This document shows positions 10,195 through 19,646 of a stretch of 64,000 nt of DNA, in pieces. The notes below the pieces were generated by a model. It made no database searches. It was not told the origin of the DNA and worked only from the letters and a program-made list of their open reading frames with translations. The first letter of the stretch is position 1; each line of letters begins with the position of its first letter. Position numbers and translations under genes: made by a program. Source of the stretch: Chlamydiia bacterium. Lineage in GTDB: Bacteria; Chlamydiota; Chlamydiia; Chlamydiales; Rhabdochlamydiaceae. The stretch spans positions 64,001 through 128,000 of the forward strand of contig CAWDOQ010000017.1 in NCBI GenBank assembly GCA_963804085.1, read 5' to 3'.

Positions 10195-11382
10195 ATGGCA
10201 CTCTTCCGCTACAAAGCTTTAAACGACATGGGAAAAAAAGTAGTCGGCGTCATCGATGCCGACTCGCTTGCGCTTGCACAAGAGCGGCTACTGCGCGAGC
10301 AGGTGATGGTGACCGATCTGACTCTTTTAGAAAAAAAAGAGGATAAGATCGTCCTTTCCCCACCTCTTTTACTCAACTTCACACGCGAACTTTCCCAGCT
10401 TTTGCGTGCGGGCCTGCCTCTTTATGAGAGCTTACTCACGATTGAGGAGAAGTACCGCAGACATAGAACACATCCCCTCTTTTTAGACCTCTGCGACAAG
10501 CTAAAAAGCGGCTCTTCGCTGTCTCACATCCTCAAAAAATATCCCAAAAGCTTCGATGCGATCTACCTCTCTTTAGTACACGCAGGTGAAAAGAGCGGCT
10601 CGCTCCCTCAAATTTTCGATCAGCTCACTCTTCTCATCTCGCGCCAGCAGAGGTTAAAAAAGCAGCTCATCTCCTCGCTCACCTATCCCGGCATACTCTT
10701 TGGCTTTTGCATGATAGTTGTGGCAAGCCTCCTCTTTTTTGTGGTCCCCTCTTTGCAAGAGCTCTTCGACGGCAGAAACGTCCATCCTTTGACCCGCACT
10801 GTCTTAGCTATTAGCAAGTGGGTCAATGCAAATACTCTACTTCTTTTTTCCGCCTTGACGGCCCTTGTTGTGGGGCCTATGGTTTTTTTGCGTATGCCCA
10901 ATGGGCGTCTCTTGCTGCAGAGATTTTTGTTAAAAGTGCCCATTTTCAAGACGCTGCTCCTCGATTCGGCGCTGATCCGCTTCTGTAGATCCTGCTCTCT
11001 TCTTTTAGCAGGAGGCGTACCTCTCATCGAGGCGCTCACGCTTGCGCGCAAGACGATGAAACTGGTCGAACTCGAACAGGCGATCGAAAGCGCGGAGAAG
11101 AAAATTGTCGAAGGCGAGCGTTTGAGCCAGCAGCTCAAGCGCTCTCCACTGATTCCCCCGGTAGTCATCCGCATGCTCAGCATTGCAGAAGAGACAGGCA
11201 CCATGGGGCATATGCTGCAAAAGATCGCCGAGATCTACGATGAGGAGCTCGAAAAAAACCTGGCGCAGCTGACTACATTTTTACAACCCGCATTACTGCT
11301 TACACTTGGGGCAATAGTAGGTCTGGTCGTCTTGTCGATCCTACTTCCGCTAACCGACGTGAGCTCATTTATGAATAACTAA
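10195..11382 (+). CDS. gspF: Type II secretion inner-membrane platform protein
   Basis: FTRELSQLLRAGLPL, GEKSG and AEETG motifs, three TM segments. Confidence 0.95.
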   Translation: MALFRYKALNDMGKKVVGVIDADSLALAQERLLREQVMVTDLTLLEKKEDKIVLSPPLLLNFTRELSQLLRAGLPLYESLLTIEEKYRRHRTHPLFLDLCDKLKSGSSLSHILKKYPKSFDAIYLSLVHAGEKSGSLPQIFDQLTLLISRQQRLKKQLISSLTYPGILFGFCMIVVASLLFFVVPSLQELFDGRNVHPLTRTVLAISKWVNANTLLLFSALTALVVGPMVFLRMPNGRLLLQRFLLKVPIFKTLLLDSALIRFCRSCSLLLAGGVPLIEALTLARKTMKLVELEQAIESAEKKIVEGERLSQQLKRSPLIPPVVIRMLSIAEETGTMGHMLQKIAEIYDEELEKNLAQLTTFLQPALLLTLGAIVGLVVLSILLPLTDVSSFMNN

Positions 11383-11393
11383 AGGATATAACC

Positions 11394-11783
11394 ATGAAAA
11401 AAAGAACAAAAAAAAGAGCGTTAACACTGCTCGAGATCATGATCGTGATCTTCTTGATTGGCCTGATCGGCAGTGTGATCGGCTACAATATGAAGGGCAG
11501 CCTTGACGAAGGTAAATATTTTAAATCCAAACACGCCGCAAAACAGGTGCGCGACATCCTGCTTTTGGAAGTTGCCAAAGGAACACCAAGAGATGATGTA
11601 ATAGATATAAAAAAGGCGGAGAAGATTTTAAAGGAGTCCGGGTTAGTCAAAAATCCAGAAAAACTGCTCAAAGACGGTTGGGGAACAACATTTACGATCA
11701 CGCCAGAGGGTACGGATGATATTAAGGTAACAACTGCAAAATATGACACCCTACGCACGCAAAAGAATGACACCGAGGACTAA
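11394..11783 (+). CDS. gspG: Major pseudopilin-like protein
   Basis: Prepilin motif A/LTLLEIMIVI and DGWG motif. Confidence 0.75.
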   Translation: MKKRTKKRALTLLEIMIVIFLIGLIGSVIGYNMKGSLDEGKYFKSKHAAKQVRDILLLEVAKGTPRDDVIDIKKAEKILKESGLVKNPEKLLKDGWGTTFTITPEGTDDIKVTTAKYDTLRTQKNDTED

Positions 11784-12267
11784 GCGCTCTTTTACACTTC
11801 TTGAGATCTCTGTGTCGCTTATTCTGGTGGCTCTCATCGCCTCCGTCGTAGGCTGGCAGATGAGCTCGCTAGTCGGGTTGTACAGGTTCCGCGCAAGTAG
11901 CGAGACACTCGTCAACGAGATCAAGCAGCTGCAAGCGCTTGCTCTTTGCTACCGCGCGGAGATGGAACTCAAGATCTTTACCAATGCCAAAGGAGAGCTC
12001 TGTTACAAAACCTCGACAGACGAGATAAAGATGCTCGGAAGAAGACACGACGGGCGTTTGAAGGGTGTCGAGAGTTTGCGCGTGGATGACAAGCCGGCAA
12101 AAGGTACCGACCTGACCATCTACTCTACGGGCAGAATTCATCCTGCAAATAAGATCATGTTATACGCAAAAGACAAGACCAAAACGCTCATCGACCTCTC
12201 CTTTCTTCAAATAAATGTTAAGAGAGAGTACAAAGAAAAGAATGAAGCTGACCAGTCCAGCATTTAA
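11767..12267 (+). CDS. Minor pseudopilin-like protein
   Basis: KRS/FTLLEISV type IV prepilin signal. Confidence 0.75.
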   Translation: MTPRTKRSFTLLEISVSLILVALIASVVGWQMSSLVGLYRFRASSETLVNEIKQLQALALCYRAEMELKIFTNAKGELCYKTSTDEIKMLGRRHDGRLKGVESLRVDDKPAKGTDLTIYSTGRIHPANKIMLYAKDKTKTLIDLSFLQINVKREYKEKNEADQSSI

Positions 12268-12694
12268 AGAGGGTGAGAGAATCGCATCTAAGTTCACATG
12301 CGATGGCAAGAACTGCAACCCTGCTCTTGAAATCAAAGACGTTCCTAAAAATGCCAAGAGCCTCGTGCTCATCATGGATGATCCCGACGTGCCCGAATCT
12401 GTGAGAAAAGACCGTATGTGGGTCCACTGGGTCGTCTACGATATGCCCACAACTCTTGCATCGATTGCAGAAAACAGCCAGCCGGCCGGCACCCCAGGCA
12501 AAAATACAGGTGGAGGACTCACCTACCAAGGCCCCTGTCCACCCGACCGCGAACACCGCTACTTCTTTAAACTCTACGCCTTAGACAAAACTCTCGGCCT
12601 CCCCGTCGGCGCCACCAAAGAGCAAGTCGAAAAGGCTATGGCCTCCCACATTCTCGTCCAAGTCACCCTGATGGCTCGCTACGAAAGAAATTGA
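12242..12694 (+). CDS. YbhB/YbcL family (PEBP/Raf kinase inhibitor-like) protein
   Basis: MKLTSPAF, DDPD, WVHWVV, YQGPCPP, HRYFFKLYALD. Confidence 0.93.
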   Translation: MKLTSPAFKEGERIASKFTCDGKNCNPALEIKDVPKNAKSLVLIMDDPDVPESVRKDRMWVHWVVYDMPTTLASIAENSQPAGTPGKNTGGGLTYQGPCPPDREHRYFFKLYALDKTLGLPVGATKEQVEKAMASHILVQVTLMARYERN

Positions 12695-12757
12695 CAAGTA
12701 ATTTATTTAATTTGTAATTTGATGATATTAGGGGTTTTAATTTTTAAGGGAGGCAGT

Positions 12758-13141
12758 ATGGAAATGGAAAAAGCAATGTGGCTCGCAAGTATTTTTGGGC
12801 CATTTCTCTTTATTCTTGGTCTTTGGATGTTACTTTATAATGAGAACTTAGCGAAGACTCACGCATCAATGAAAAGCATGCCAGCGGTGCTCTATTTGCG
12901 CTCCGTAATGAACATGCTAATCGGTCTTTTCATCATCCGCGAATACAACATGTGGGAGTGGGAACCAGCTCTTGCCGTAACCATTGTCGGTTGGGCTCTC
13001 TTTTTAAGAGGCGTTCTTACACTCTACGCTCCTCAGTTCATCGTCCAAATGGGCATGTCTGATCAGCGTATGCTCAAAATTAGAGGTATTATCCCCTTTG
13101 TAGCGGGTATCTACCTCTCTTGGTTCGCTTTCTGGTCATAA
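12758..13141 (+). CDS. Hypothetical 4-TM membrane protein
   Basis: GGAGG RBS, four hydrophobic segments. Confidence 0.75.
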   Translation: MEMEKAMWLASIFGPFLFILGLWMLLYNENLAKTHASMKSMPAVLYLRSVMNMLIGLFIIREYNMWEWEPALAVTIVGWALFLRGVLTLYAPQFIVQMGMSDQRMLKIRGIIPFVAGIYLSWFAFWS

Positions 13142-13150
13142 GGATTTCTT

Positions 13151-13192
13151 TAAAAAACGCAGGCCTATGCTTTAAATAGGCTTGCGTTTTTC
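13151..13192 (+). terminator. Intrinsic terminator (likely bidirectional)
   Basis: AAAAAACGCAGGCCTAT...ATAGGCTTGCGTTTTT hairpin just after the stop codon. Confidence 0.75.
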
Positions 13193-13246
13193 CTTTCTTT
13201 TGAAAATAATTCAGATTGTCACTGATTTAATTTCAGAGGAAAATCT

Positions 13247-15868
13247 ATGCGTTATTCTCCTTTTTTATCTCTCTGTGCAATTACTCTCTTTTTGTCCGCC
13301 CCCCTTGTTTCTGAAGAGCAAGGAAAGAAGGCTCCCACCATTGTCCAGTCGCTAAAAGCACGCGAGCCGCACTGGCGTCCAAAGATAATGGAGAGCTACC
13401 CGGAAGGCACTCCCGAGAGAGTGATCTTTTTTGAGCAAAAAGAGGATGAGCAGCAGGTTCCGATGAAGCAGCAGCGCTTCTATGCCAATGGCCAGCTTAA
13501 AAACGAAATGGATCTGACTATCGTCAAAGAGGATTCTCCCGGATTTGCCGAATGGAAAACACCTGTTGTACCACATGGGGTTAACGTCTCCTTTTTTTCT
13601 ACAGGGCAGGTCGAGAAGCTAGCCTGTTATGACCAGGGATTGCTCGAAGGGGAGATGCAGATCTACTATCCCGGAGGACAGCTCCGTGGAACAGGGATGT
13701 TTAAACAGGGCGTGCGCAATGGTTCTATGGTCGCCTTCCACGAAGATGGCTCTAAAGCCGAAGAGGGTACCTACGAAGATGGAAAACTAGTCGGCGAATT
13801 TAGCCGCTATTATGCAAAAGGAGTCCGCTCGGCTCTTATTCCCTACGAGAAGGGAGTGCCACATGGCACCGCTTTTGAGTGGCATCCCAATGGCGCGCTC
13901 AAGGCAAGCCGCAGATATTTTAATGGACTTCTGCACTCAGATGGCAAAAATCCTGCAGTTCTTCTCTATGCGGATGATCGCACTGTGCTAGAGGTTCAAG
14001 ACTTTAAACAGGGAGAACCTCTCGGCACGCACCTCCGCTACCATCCGAACGGTAAGGAGGGTTACAAGGTCGCTTACAAAAATGGAAAGAAAGAAGGAAA
14101 AGAGCAGTTTTTCTCTTCTAATGGACAGCTTCTCGGCGAAGGGGAGTACAAGCAAGATGTAAAAGTGGGTAAGCACTGGAGAAACCATGAGAATGGCCAG
14201 CCTGCATATGTCGCCTTGTATGATCAAGAGGGCAAACTGAAAGAGCCGATAGTGGAGTACCACGCAACCGGCAAAAAGAGTGCCGAGTATTTTCTAGCAG
14301 ACGGCAAGCGAGAAGGCGCTCATCGCCAGTGGTATACAGATGGAAAGATCCAAATCGACTACTTCTACGTTAAGGGAGAGTTTGAAGACGAGCAGAAGGA
14401 GTACTACTCTTCCGGACAGATGAAGATGCGCGCAAGTTATAAGGCAGGAAAAAAAGAGGGCGCTTACGAGGAGTGGTATGAAGGGGGCAAGCCAGCGATC
14501 TTGTGCGAGCTCACTCAAGGGACAAAGAACGGTGCGAACAAAGAGTGGTATGAAAATGGAAACGCCCGCCTAGAAGAGCACTATGTAAATGGTCTTCTCG
14601 AAGGTGAGAGAAAAGAGTGGCATGATAGCGGCGTCTTAAAAACATCAGGCAACTTCCATGCCGGAAAAAAGCAGGGAATGCACCGCGAATGGAGCGCTAC
14701 AAGCGAGCTTGTTTTCGAAGGGCGGTTTGAAGAGGATCTGCCAGAGGGTGCAATGAAGATCTGGTATGCAAAAGACCATCTTAAAGAGAGCGTCTTGTTT
14801 GTAAAAGGCAAGCGCCAAGGCAAAGGCGAAGAGTATTACCCCGATGGAAAGATGCGCTCGCAAGCGAGCTACGTCAATGACCAAGCCGATGGACAAGTGC
14901 AGATCTGGTACGAAGATGGAAGCCTCTGGCTTGTTAAAAACTATGTAAAAGGCATGCCGGTCGGTGAGCAGAGAGAGTACTTTGCCAAGGAGGCGCTCAC
15001 AGAGAAGCAGGCTTTAAAATTGGCTAAACGCTACTTTTACAACGAACAGGGCAAGTTGGATGGAGAGCAGAAGACCTACTATCCCGATGGAGTCACCCAA
15101 ACGGTGATCGTTTACAAATCAGGAGAGCTCCATGGGATGAAAGCGCTCTGGGATCCCGAAGGCAACCTTGTTGAAGAAGCAAATTATGAGATGGGCAAAC
15201 TAAACGGCCGCTTTTATGAGAGAAAGCAGGATGGCAAAGAGCTTATCTTCCACTACAAAAATAACAAAAAAGAGGGTGTGCACGAGATCTTCTATCCACC
15301 CCATGAGTTTTTTGGAAAAGTCAAAGCGCTCGAAGTGAACTTTCATGAAGATAAGCCTGAGGGAGAAGCGGTTGAATACAATGAAGCTGGAAACAAGGTC
15401 TCCACGACGTTTTATAAAAATGGATTGCGTGAAGGCGTTGCAAAAGTCTTCAACCCCAAGGGTGACACGATCATGTCTATAGAGTTTGTGGCAGACAAGA
15501 AGCATGGCAATGCTGTCCAGTGTTTCCCAAATGGAAAGCTCTTTAAAGAGGCCTTCTTTCAGAACGATGTGAAAGAGGGAGAGGAGAAGACCTATTTCGA
15601 CAATGGGAAGCTTGCCTCCGTAAACCACTACATCCATGGAGTGCTCGATGGACTTGCGTCTGAATGGAATGCGGAAAATGTCCTAGTTTTTGAAGGTGAG
15701 TATAAAGATGGCAAGCGCCACGGCAAATTCAACAAGTACTATGACGATGGCAAGCCGCGCCTCCTCCAGACCTTTGTCGACGATCTCCTACACGGCACCA
15801 AAAAGTCCTACGACAACCAAGGTGTCTGCAGCGAATCCCGCTACGACAAAGGCAAAAAACTAGGCTAA
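13247..15868 (+). CDS. Exported MORN-variant (YwqK-like) repeat protein
   Basis: Signal peptide followed by many YxNG...EGxYxxGKKxG repeats over about 850 aa. Confidence 0.85.
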   Translation: MRYSPFLSLCAITLFLSAPLVSEEQGKKAPTIVQSLKAREPHWRPKIMESYPEGTPERVIFFEQKEDEQQVPMKQQRFYANGQLKNEMDLTIVKEDSPGFAEWKTPVVPHGVNVSFFSTGQVEKLACYDQGLLEGEMQIYYPGGQLRGTGMFKQGVRNGSMVAFHEDGSKAEEGTYEDGKLVGEFSRYYAKGVRSALIPYEKGVPHGTAFEWHPNGALKASRRYFNGLLHSDGKNPAVLLYADDRTVLEVQDFKQGEPLGTHLRYHPNGKEGYKVAYKNGKKEGKEQFFSSNGQLLGEGEYKQDVKVGKHWRNHENGQPAYVALYDQEGKLKEPIVEYHATGKKSAEYFLADGKREGAHRQWYTDGKIQIDYFYVKGEFEDEQKEYYSSGQMKMRASYKAGKKEGAYEEWYEGGKPAILCELTQGTKNGANKEWYENGNARLEEHYVNGLLEGERKEWHDSGVLKTSGNFHAGKKQGMHREWSATSELVFEGRFEEDLPEGAMKIWYAKDHLKESVLFVKGKRQGKGEEYYPDGKMRSQASYVNDQADGQVQIWYEDGSLWLVKNYVKGMPVGEQREYFAKEALTEKQALKLAKRYFYNEQGKLDGEQKTYYPDGVTQTVIVYKSGELHGMKALWDPEGNLVEEANYEMGKLNGRFYERKQDGKELIFHYKNNKKEGVHEIFYPPHEFFGKVKALEVNFHEDKPEGEAVEYNEAGNKVSTTFYKNGLREGVAKVFNPKGDTIMSIEFVADKKHGNAVQCFPNGKLFKEAFFQNDVKEGEEKTYFDNGKLASVNHYIHGVLDGLASEWNAENVLVFEGEYKDGKRHGKFNKYYDDGKPRLLQTFVDDLLHGTKKSYDNQGVCSESRYDKGKKLG

Positions 15869-15869
15869 C

Positions 15870-16036
15870 CCCCCAGTGGACGAAGTGGACAGGCGCAGAT
15901 TTGTGGACTAAAGTGGACGAGGTGGACGGGGATCTTTTCCGACTTTAAGGTTTTATAGTTTATTAGACCTCTTGCGGCCTGTCCACTTCGTCCACTAAGG
16001 TCCACAACGTCCACTTCGTCCAGTGTCCACAGGGCC
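15870..16036. repeat. GTGGAC/GTCCAC inverted tandem-unit element A
   Basis: Five GTGGAC units then about six GTCCAC units; shares GGGGATCT..CCGACT core with 40360 and 52378 copies. Confidence 0.85.
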
Positions 16037-16087
16037 CTTTTCTCGCGTCATGTCGCTGCGCTTTGAAGAAAGGACCAAGACGGGGGC

Positions 16088-16246
16088 GTAACGGACGAAA
16101 ACGGACAAGGAAGAGGCACGGACAGGAAACGGACGAAAACGGACAGCCCCCCAACGGACAATTTCTTTCTTAGGCCCGCGTCCGTTTCCCGTCCATTTTT
16201 GTCCGTTTCTTGTCCATTGAAGTCCGTTGTCCGTTTTTCTTACGGG
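16088..16246. repeat. ACGGAC/GTCCGT inverted tandem-unit element B
   Basis: Six ACGGAC units followed by GTCCGT/GTCCAT units. Confidence 0.8.
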
Positions 16247-16264
16247 CCTCTTTCTCCAATTTTC

Positions 16265-17167
16265 TTAGAGTTCGGTTGTGGAGAGGTTGCCGTGCTCGTC
16301 TACTAGGTCGGTGGCTAGGATCGAGCGTCCGTCTGCAAAAACCGTATTGAGATTTTCGAGTGAAAGTATTTTCGAATATTCCGGCAGAAGGACTAAGGAA
16401 GGCGAACCCATTTTACAGCCAAACATGCTGTAGTTCATGCAAAAGCAAGTCTCGGCTGATTTTTGGATGTGCATAAATTCGATCGTATAATGGCGTATTT
16501 TGCCCGCATGCGATAGGAGTAGATCGCGGAACTCTTCTAGCTCTGTTTGAAGGCGTTTTTCATCTCCTTTTTGATAGAGAGAGCCCAATTTGCCGGTGGC
16601 TAAGCCCCGCTGCTTTTTTGCAAGGTCTACCCATTGAAGATCAGCTCTTACTACGACTCTGCAGGGAAAGAAGCTCTCCAATTGAGAAGGCTCTTTCTCT
16701 AACCAAGAAAGGATTTTGTTGTTCATGATTCTTTCGATATCGTCAAGCATCTGCTGAGGTGTAGGGAGATTAATGCCCGCTTTAAATTCGCTACGGACGA
16801 TCCACGCATCATCGGTTTCGTCCTTACCGGTTTCGTCTTTTTCTCGCGGCAGCATCTCTGCTTTTTTGAGAGAGTTCTCGTCAATAATGAGCGTGCGTTG
16901 TTTGCGAAGGGATGGAGTTTTTGCCTTTTCTTGTCCAAAGAGGCACTCCCATAGAGATATAAACAAGCTTCCGATGTAGCGGAAGCCGCTTACGATGCAA
17001 GAGGGAAGCAGCCACTCACAGCAGCCGCAGCAGCTCTCAGACTCTTTTGCCGATTTTAATGTGTCGACATCTTTTGATCGTGCAGCAGTAGTTGGCAGTC
17101 TAGCTTGGGTGCTGGTGTCTGTTGAAAGGCTACCGGAAGTCTTAATAGGATTTGTACCTGTAGTCAT
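16265..17167 (-). CDS. Hypothetical protein, candidate secreted effector
   Basis: Ser/Thr-rich N-terminus, Cys-rich hydrophobic helix; FPCRVVV motif shared with 17182-18483. Confidence 0.7.
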   Translation of the reverse strand: MTTGTNPIKTSGSLSTDTSTQARLPTTAARSKDVDTLKSAKESESCCGCCEWLLPSCIVSGFRYIGSLFISLWECLFGQEKAKTPSLRKQRTLIIDENSLKKAEMLPREKDETGKDETDDAWIVRSEFKAGINLPTPQQMLDDIERIMNNKILSWLEKEPSQLESFFPCRVVVRADLQWVDLAKKQRGLATGKLGSLYQKGDEKRLQTELEEFRDLLLSHAGKIRHYTIEFMHIQKSAETCFCMNYSMFGCKMGSPSLVLLPEYSKILSLENLNTVFADGRSILATDLVDEHGNLSTTEL

Positions 17168-17181
17168 AATAATTCCTCTTA

Positions 17182-18483
17182 TTAAATTTCTGTTGAAAAA
17201 ACTCTATCGTTCAGATGACCCGTGCTCGAAAGAATGTCTGCTTGCTCGCCACAAGCGTCAAATGCAGGGCAGTGCTCGTGAAGCTCTTTCATGAGCTCTT
17301 CTGAAGAGCGCGGTTCTATGCTTTGATAGGGTGTCGTTGTTGGATCTTCGCTGTTGCTAGCAGCGGAGTTTGCCAGCTCAAAGGAGACGGTAGTGTAGTC
17401 AAATTTGTTCGAATGAGTTTTATTGGCGTGAATGAGCAGAAAATCCAGTTTAAAATCTACAAGATGGGGACTCTTGAGAGGTAGGATTTGTTGAAAGAGT
17501 CCTAACCCTTCTGTAACGTCGATCTTGTTTTTGCAAAGCTTGCCAAATTTAAAGCTCTTGAGGTCTTGCGTACTTTCGTTTGTGACGATCTGTAGGAATG
17601 CTAAACAGCGGCAGGGGAATACACGGTTGAGCTCCTCGTATCCTTTAAAGAATTCGGTAAAAGACACGAAAATCTGATTGGCCACGATGCGATCCAGAGG
17701 TAACTGCCTCTCTTTATTGGTGATTGCACGGCCGGTTAGTGCTTCATGGATGAGATTTCCTTCCTCATCGAACAGATTTTTAATGCCAATTATACCTTGT
17801 AAAGCGCTTGCCTGAGAGATGCCGGTTGCAATTTCGGGATATCCTTTAAAAAGGCCAGAGGCCATGGCAGGTTTATTATCTTTATGCCCGCAGGTGTATT
17901 CGGTAAGAGTGCAATGAGGTTCTTCTCCGCTCTGATATCCCCATGCGACAGCAAGTTGAAAATCTGCAAGATCTGCGCTCTTGGATGCGTAACCTTGCAT
18001 TTTTTGAAAGAATCCTTTTATTTTCTGAAAATCATTTAGATTTTGCTGATTAAAATACTTGGCCGCTTTGTAAATTTTGGGAGCCGGCTGCTTTCCCTCA
18101 GGATCTTTTTTCATAAAGAATTTTGCCGAGACAACAACGCGGCAGGCAAAATCATCTGGTTTTTCCCATTGGAGCCACGTCTGTTCCACATTGGCATAGA
18201 TGCTGCTAAGCTGGTTGGCTATTTTAAGCTCAGGTTTCTCTTCTGCCTTTTCGCTCCCAAACCAAGAGGATAGATAGTGGCAGATGAGTCCGCCAAGGGT
18301 GGTTATAGCGGCCAAAACGAAGGTGCAAATACACGCTAAGTAGGAGCTCTCTTCGGCGGCTTTTGCTGCTTCTAGAGAAGCAAGCGAGTCCACAGCAGGC
18401 TTGACTGAGACATCTTTTTTCAAGATGGTTTCAGGAGGAGTCGGGGCGACCCTTCTTGTATCTGTTGCAATAGGATTAGTCAT
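17182..18483 (-). CDS. Hypothetical protein, candidate effector with an internally duplicated domain; paralog of 16265-17167
   Basis: FACRVVV and FPCRCL repeats; DEEGNL and STGHL versus DEHGNL in the paralog. Confidence 0.7.
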   Translation of the reverse strand: MTNPIATDTRRVAPTPPETILKKDVSVKPAVDSLASLEAAKAAEESSYLACICTFVLAAITTLGGLICHYLSSWFGSEKAEEKPELKIANQLSSIYANVEQTWLQWEKPDDFACRVVVSAKFFMKKDPEGKQPAPKIYKAAKYFNQQNLNDFQKIKGFFQKMQGYASKSADLADFQLAVAWGYQSGEEPHCTLTEYTCGHKDNKPAMASGLFKGYPEIATGISQASALQGIIGIKNLFDEEGNLIHEALTGRAITNKERQLPLDRIVANQIFVSFTEFFKGYEELNRVFPCRCLAFLQIVTNESTQDLKSFKFGKLCKNKIDVTEGLGLFQQILPLKSPHLVDFKLDFLLIHANKTHSNKFDYTTVSFELANSAASNSEDPTTTPYQSIEPRSSEELMKELHEHCPAFDACGEQADILSSTGHLNDRVFSTEI

Positions 18484-18578
18484 ATAGATCTCGCCTCCAT
18501 TAGAAGACGTAAATTATAAGCGATCAGTGATTTAATTAAAATATGCGAATGGTTGCGAAGAGCGAAAAACGTAATAAA

Positions 18579-19067
18579 TTAAATTTTATTTGATAATCTC
18601 GAGAAGATCTTCTCTTCGAGAGCGGGAGGGACAAAGGCGCCCAGGCGCATTTTATGGCTGGCGAGCTCGCGGATGAGGCTAGAGCTTATAAAAGTGTGTT
18701 TTTGGTCGTGCATTAAAAAAATTGTTTCAATGCCTGCGATCTTATGGTTGATATAGGCCATCTGCTCTTCTGTCTCCCAATCCGCTAGCCCGCGCAGGCC
18801 TCGAATTAGGCAGCGGACGTCCAGCTTTTTGGCAAGATCTACTAAAAGGCCAGAGAAGCTCACCACTTCGACTGAAGAAAAAGAGCGGGTAATCTCGCGG
18901 AGCATCTCTTTTCGCTCCTCTTGAGAAAAGCTCTCTTTCCCCTGTTTTTGGCTATTTGAGGCAATGGCGACATAGAGCTTGTCGGATATGCCTACTCCAC
19001 GCTCAATCAGGTTGAGGTGGCCTAAGGTGGGTGGGTCAAAGGAGCCGGCGAGGAGTGCTTTCTTCAT
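18579..19067 (-). CDS. coaD: Phosphopantetheine adenylyltransferase
   Basis: GSFDPPTLGH, IRGLR, ISSSLIRE. Confidence 0.95.
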   Translation of the reverse strand: MKKALLAGSFDPPTLGHLNLIERGVGISDKLYVAIASNSQKQGKESFSQEERKEMLREITRSFSSVEVVSFSGLLVDLAKKLDVRCLIRGLRGLADWETEEQMAYINHKIAGIETIFLMHDQKHTFISSSLIRELASHKMRLGAFVPPALEEKIFSRLSNKI

Positions 19068-19076
19068 AACCGCATC

Positions 19077-19646
19077 TTATGAAGAGCGGAGATATTGATG
19101 CAAGAGGGAGCGGCCAAACTTGCGTGTGTCGATGTGGCGGAGGTTTTGAAATACGATCTTCTGCTCTTCAATCAAGGAGGGAAAGGGCTCTTCGATAAAC
19201 AGATGTGCTCCTTGTGCAAGCTGGGCGGTATCTAAAAAGGTGAGGATGTCGAGGTTAAAGTTGTTCTCGCCATAAGGCGGATCGATATAGATCATCGAGA
19301 ACCTCTTTTTGAGCTTCTCTAACCGCTCGAGCATCTGCAGAGCATCTCCTAGAAGAACTTGTGCCTGCTCCTCCAGTTTGAGTGCGCGTAGATTGTCCTG
19401 GATACAGAGAAGAGCGCGCTTTTCGCTATCGATGAATGTCACATGGGATGCGCCGCGGCTGAGTGCTTCAATTCCGATCGCGCCCGATCCTGCAAAAACG
19501 TCTAAAAAGACAGCCCCCTCGATCCAGGGTCGGCAGATATCAAAGACAGACTTGCGCAAGATGCCGGAAGTGGGACGCGTCTTATCTGTCTTGGGAGACT
19601 TAAGCAGACGACCTTTGTACTCTCCGGCAATCACACGTAAACTCAT
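19077..19646 (-). CDS. rsmD: 16S rRNA m2G966 methyltransferase
   Basis: LRVIAGEYKGR, TRPT, DVFAGSGAIGIEALSRGA, DPPY. Confidence 0.95.
   Translation of the reverse strand: MSLRVIAGEYKGRLLKSPKTDKTRPTSGILRKSVFDICRPWIEGAVFLDVFAGSGAIGIEALSRGASHVTFIDSEKRALLCIQDNLRALKLEEQAQVLLGDALQMLERLEKLKKRFSMIYIDPPYGENNFNLDILTFLDTAQLAQGAHLFIEEPFPSLIEEQKIVFQNLRHIDTRKFGRSLLHQYLRSS

Noticed and set aside
16088..16165. CsrB/RsmY-like GGA sponge RNA
   Set aside because: The GGA motifs are followed by their complements and would be sequestered; same architecture as the DNA repeat family; no csrA in the window
15870..16246. CRISPR array
   Set aside because: Units are 6-9 bp, arranged as inverted halves, with no constant 23-47 bp repeat, no unique spacers and no cas genes
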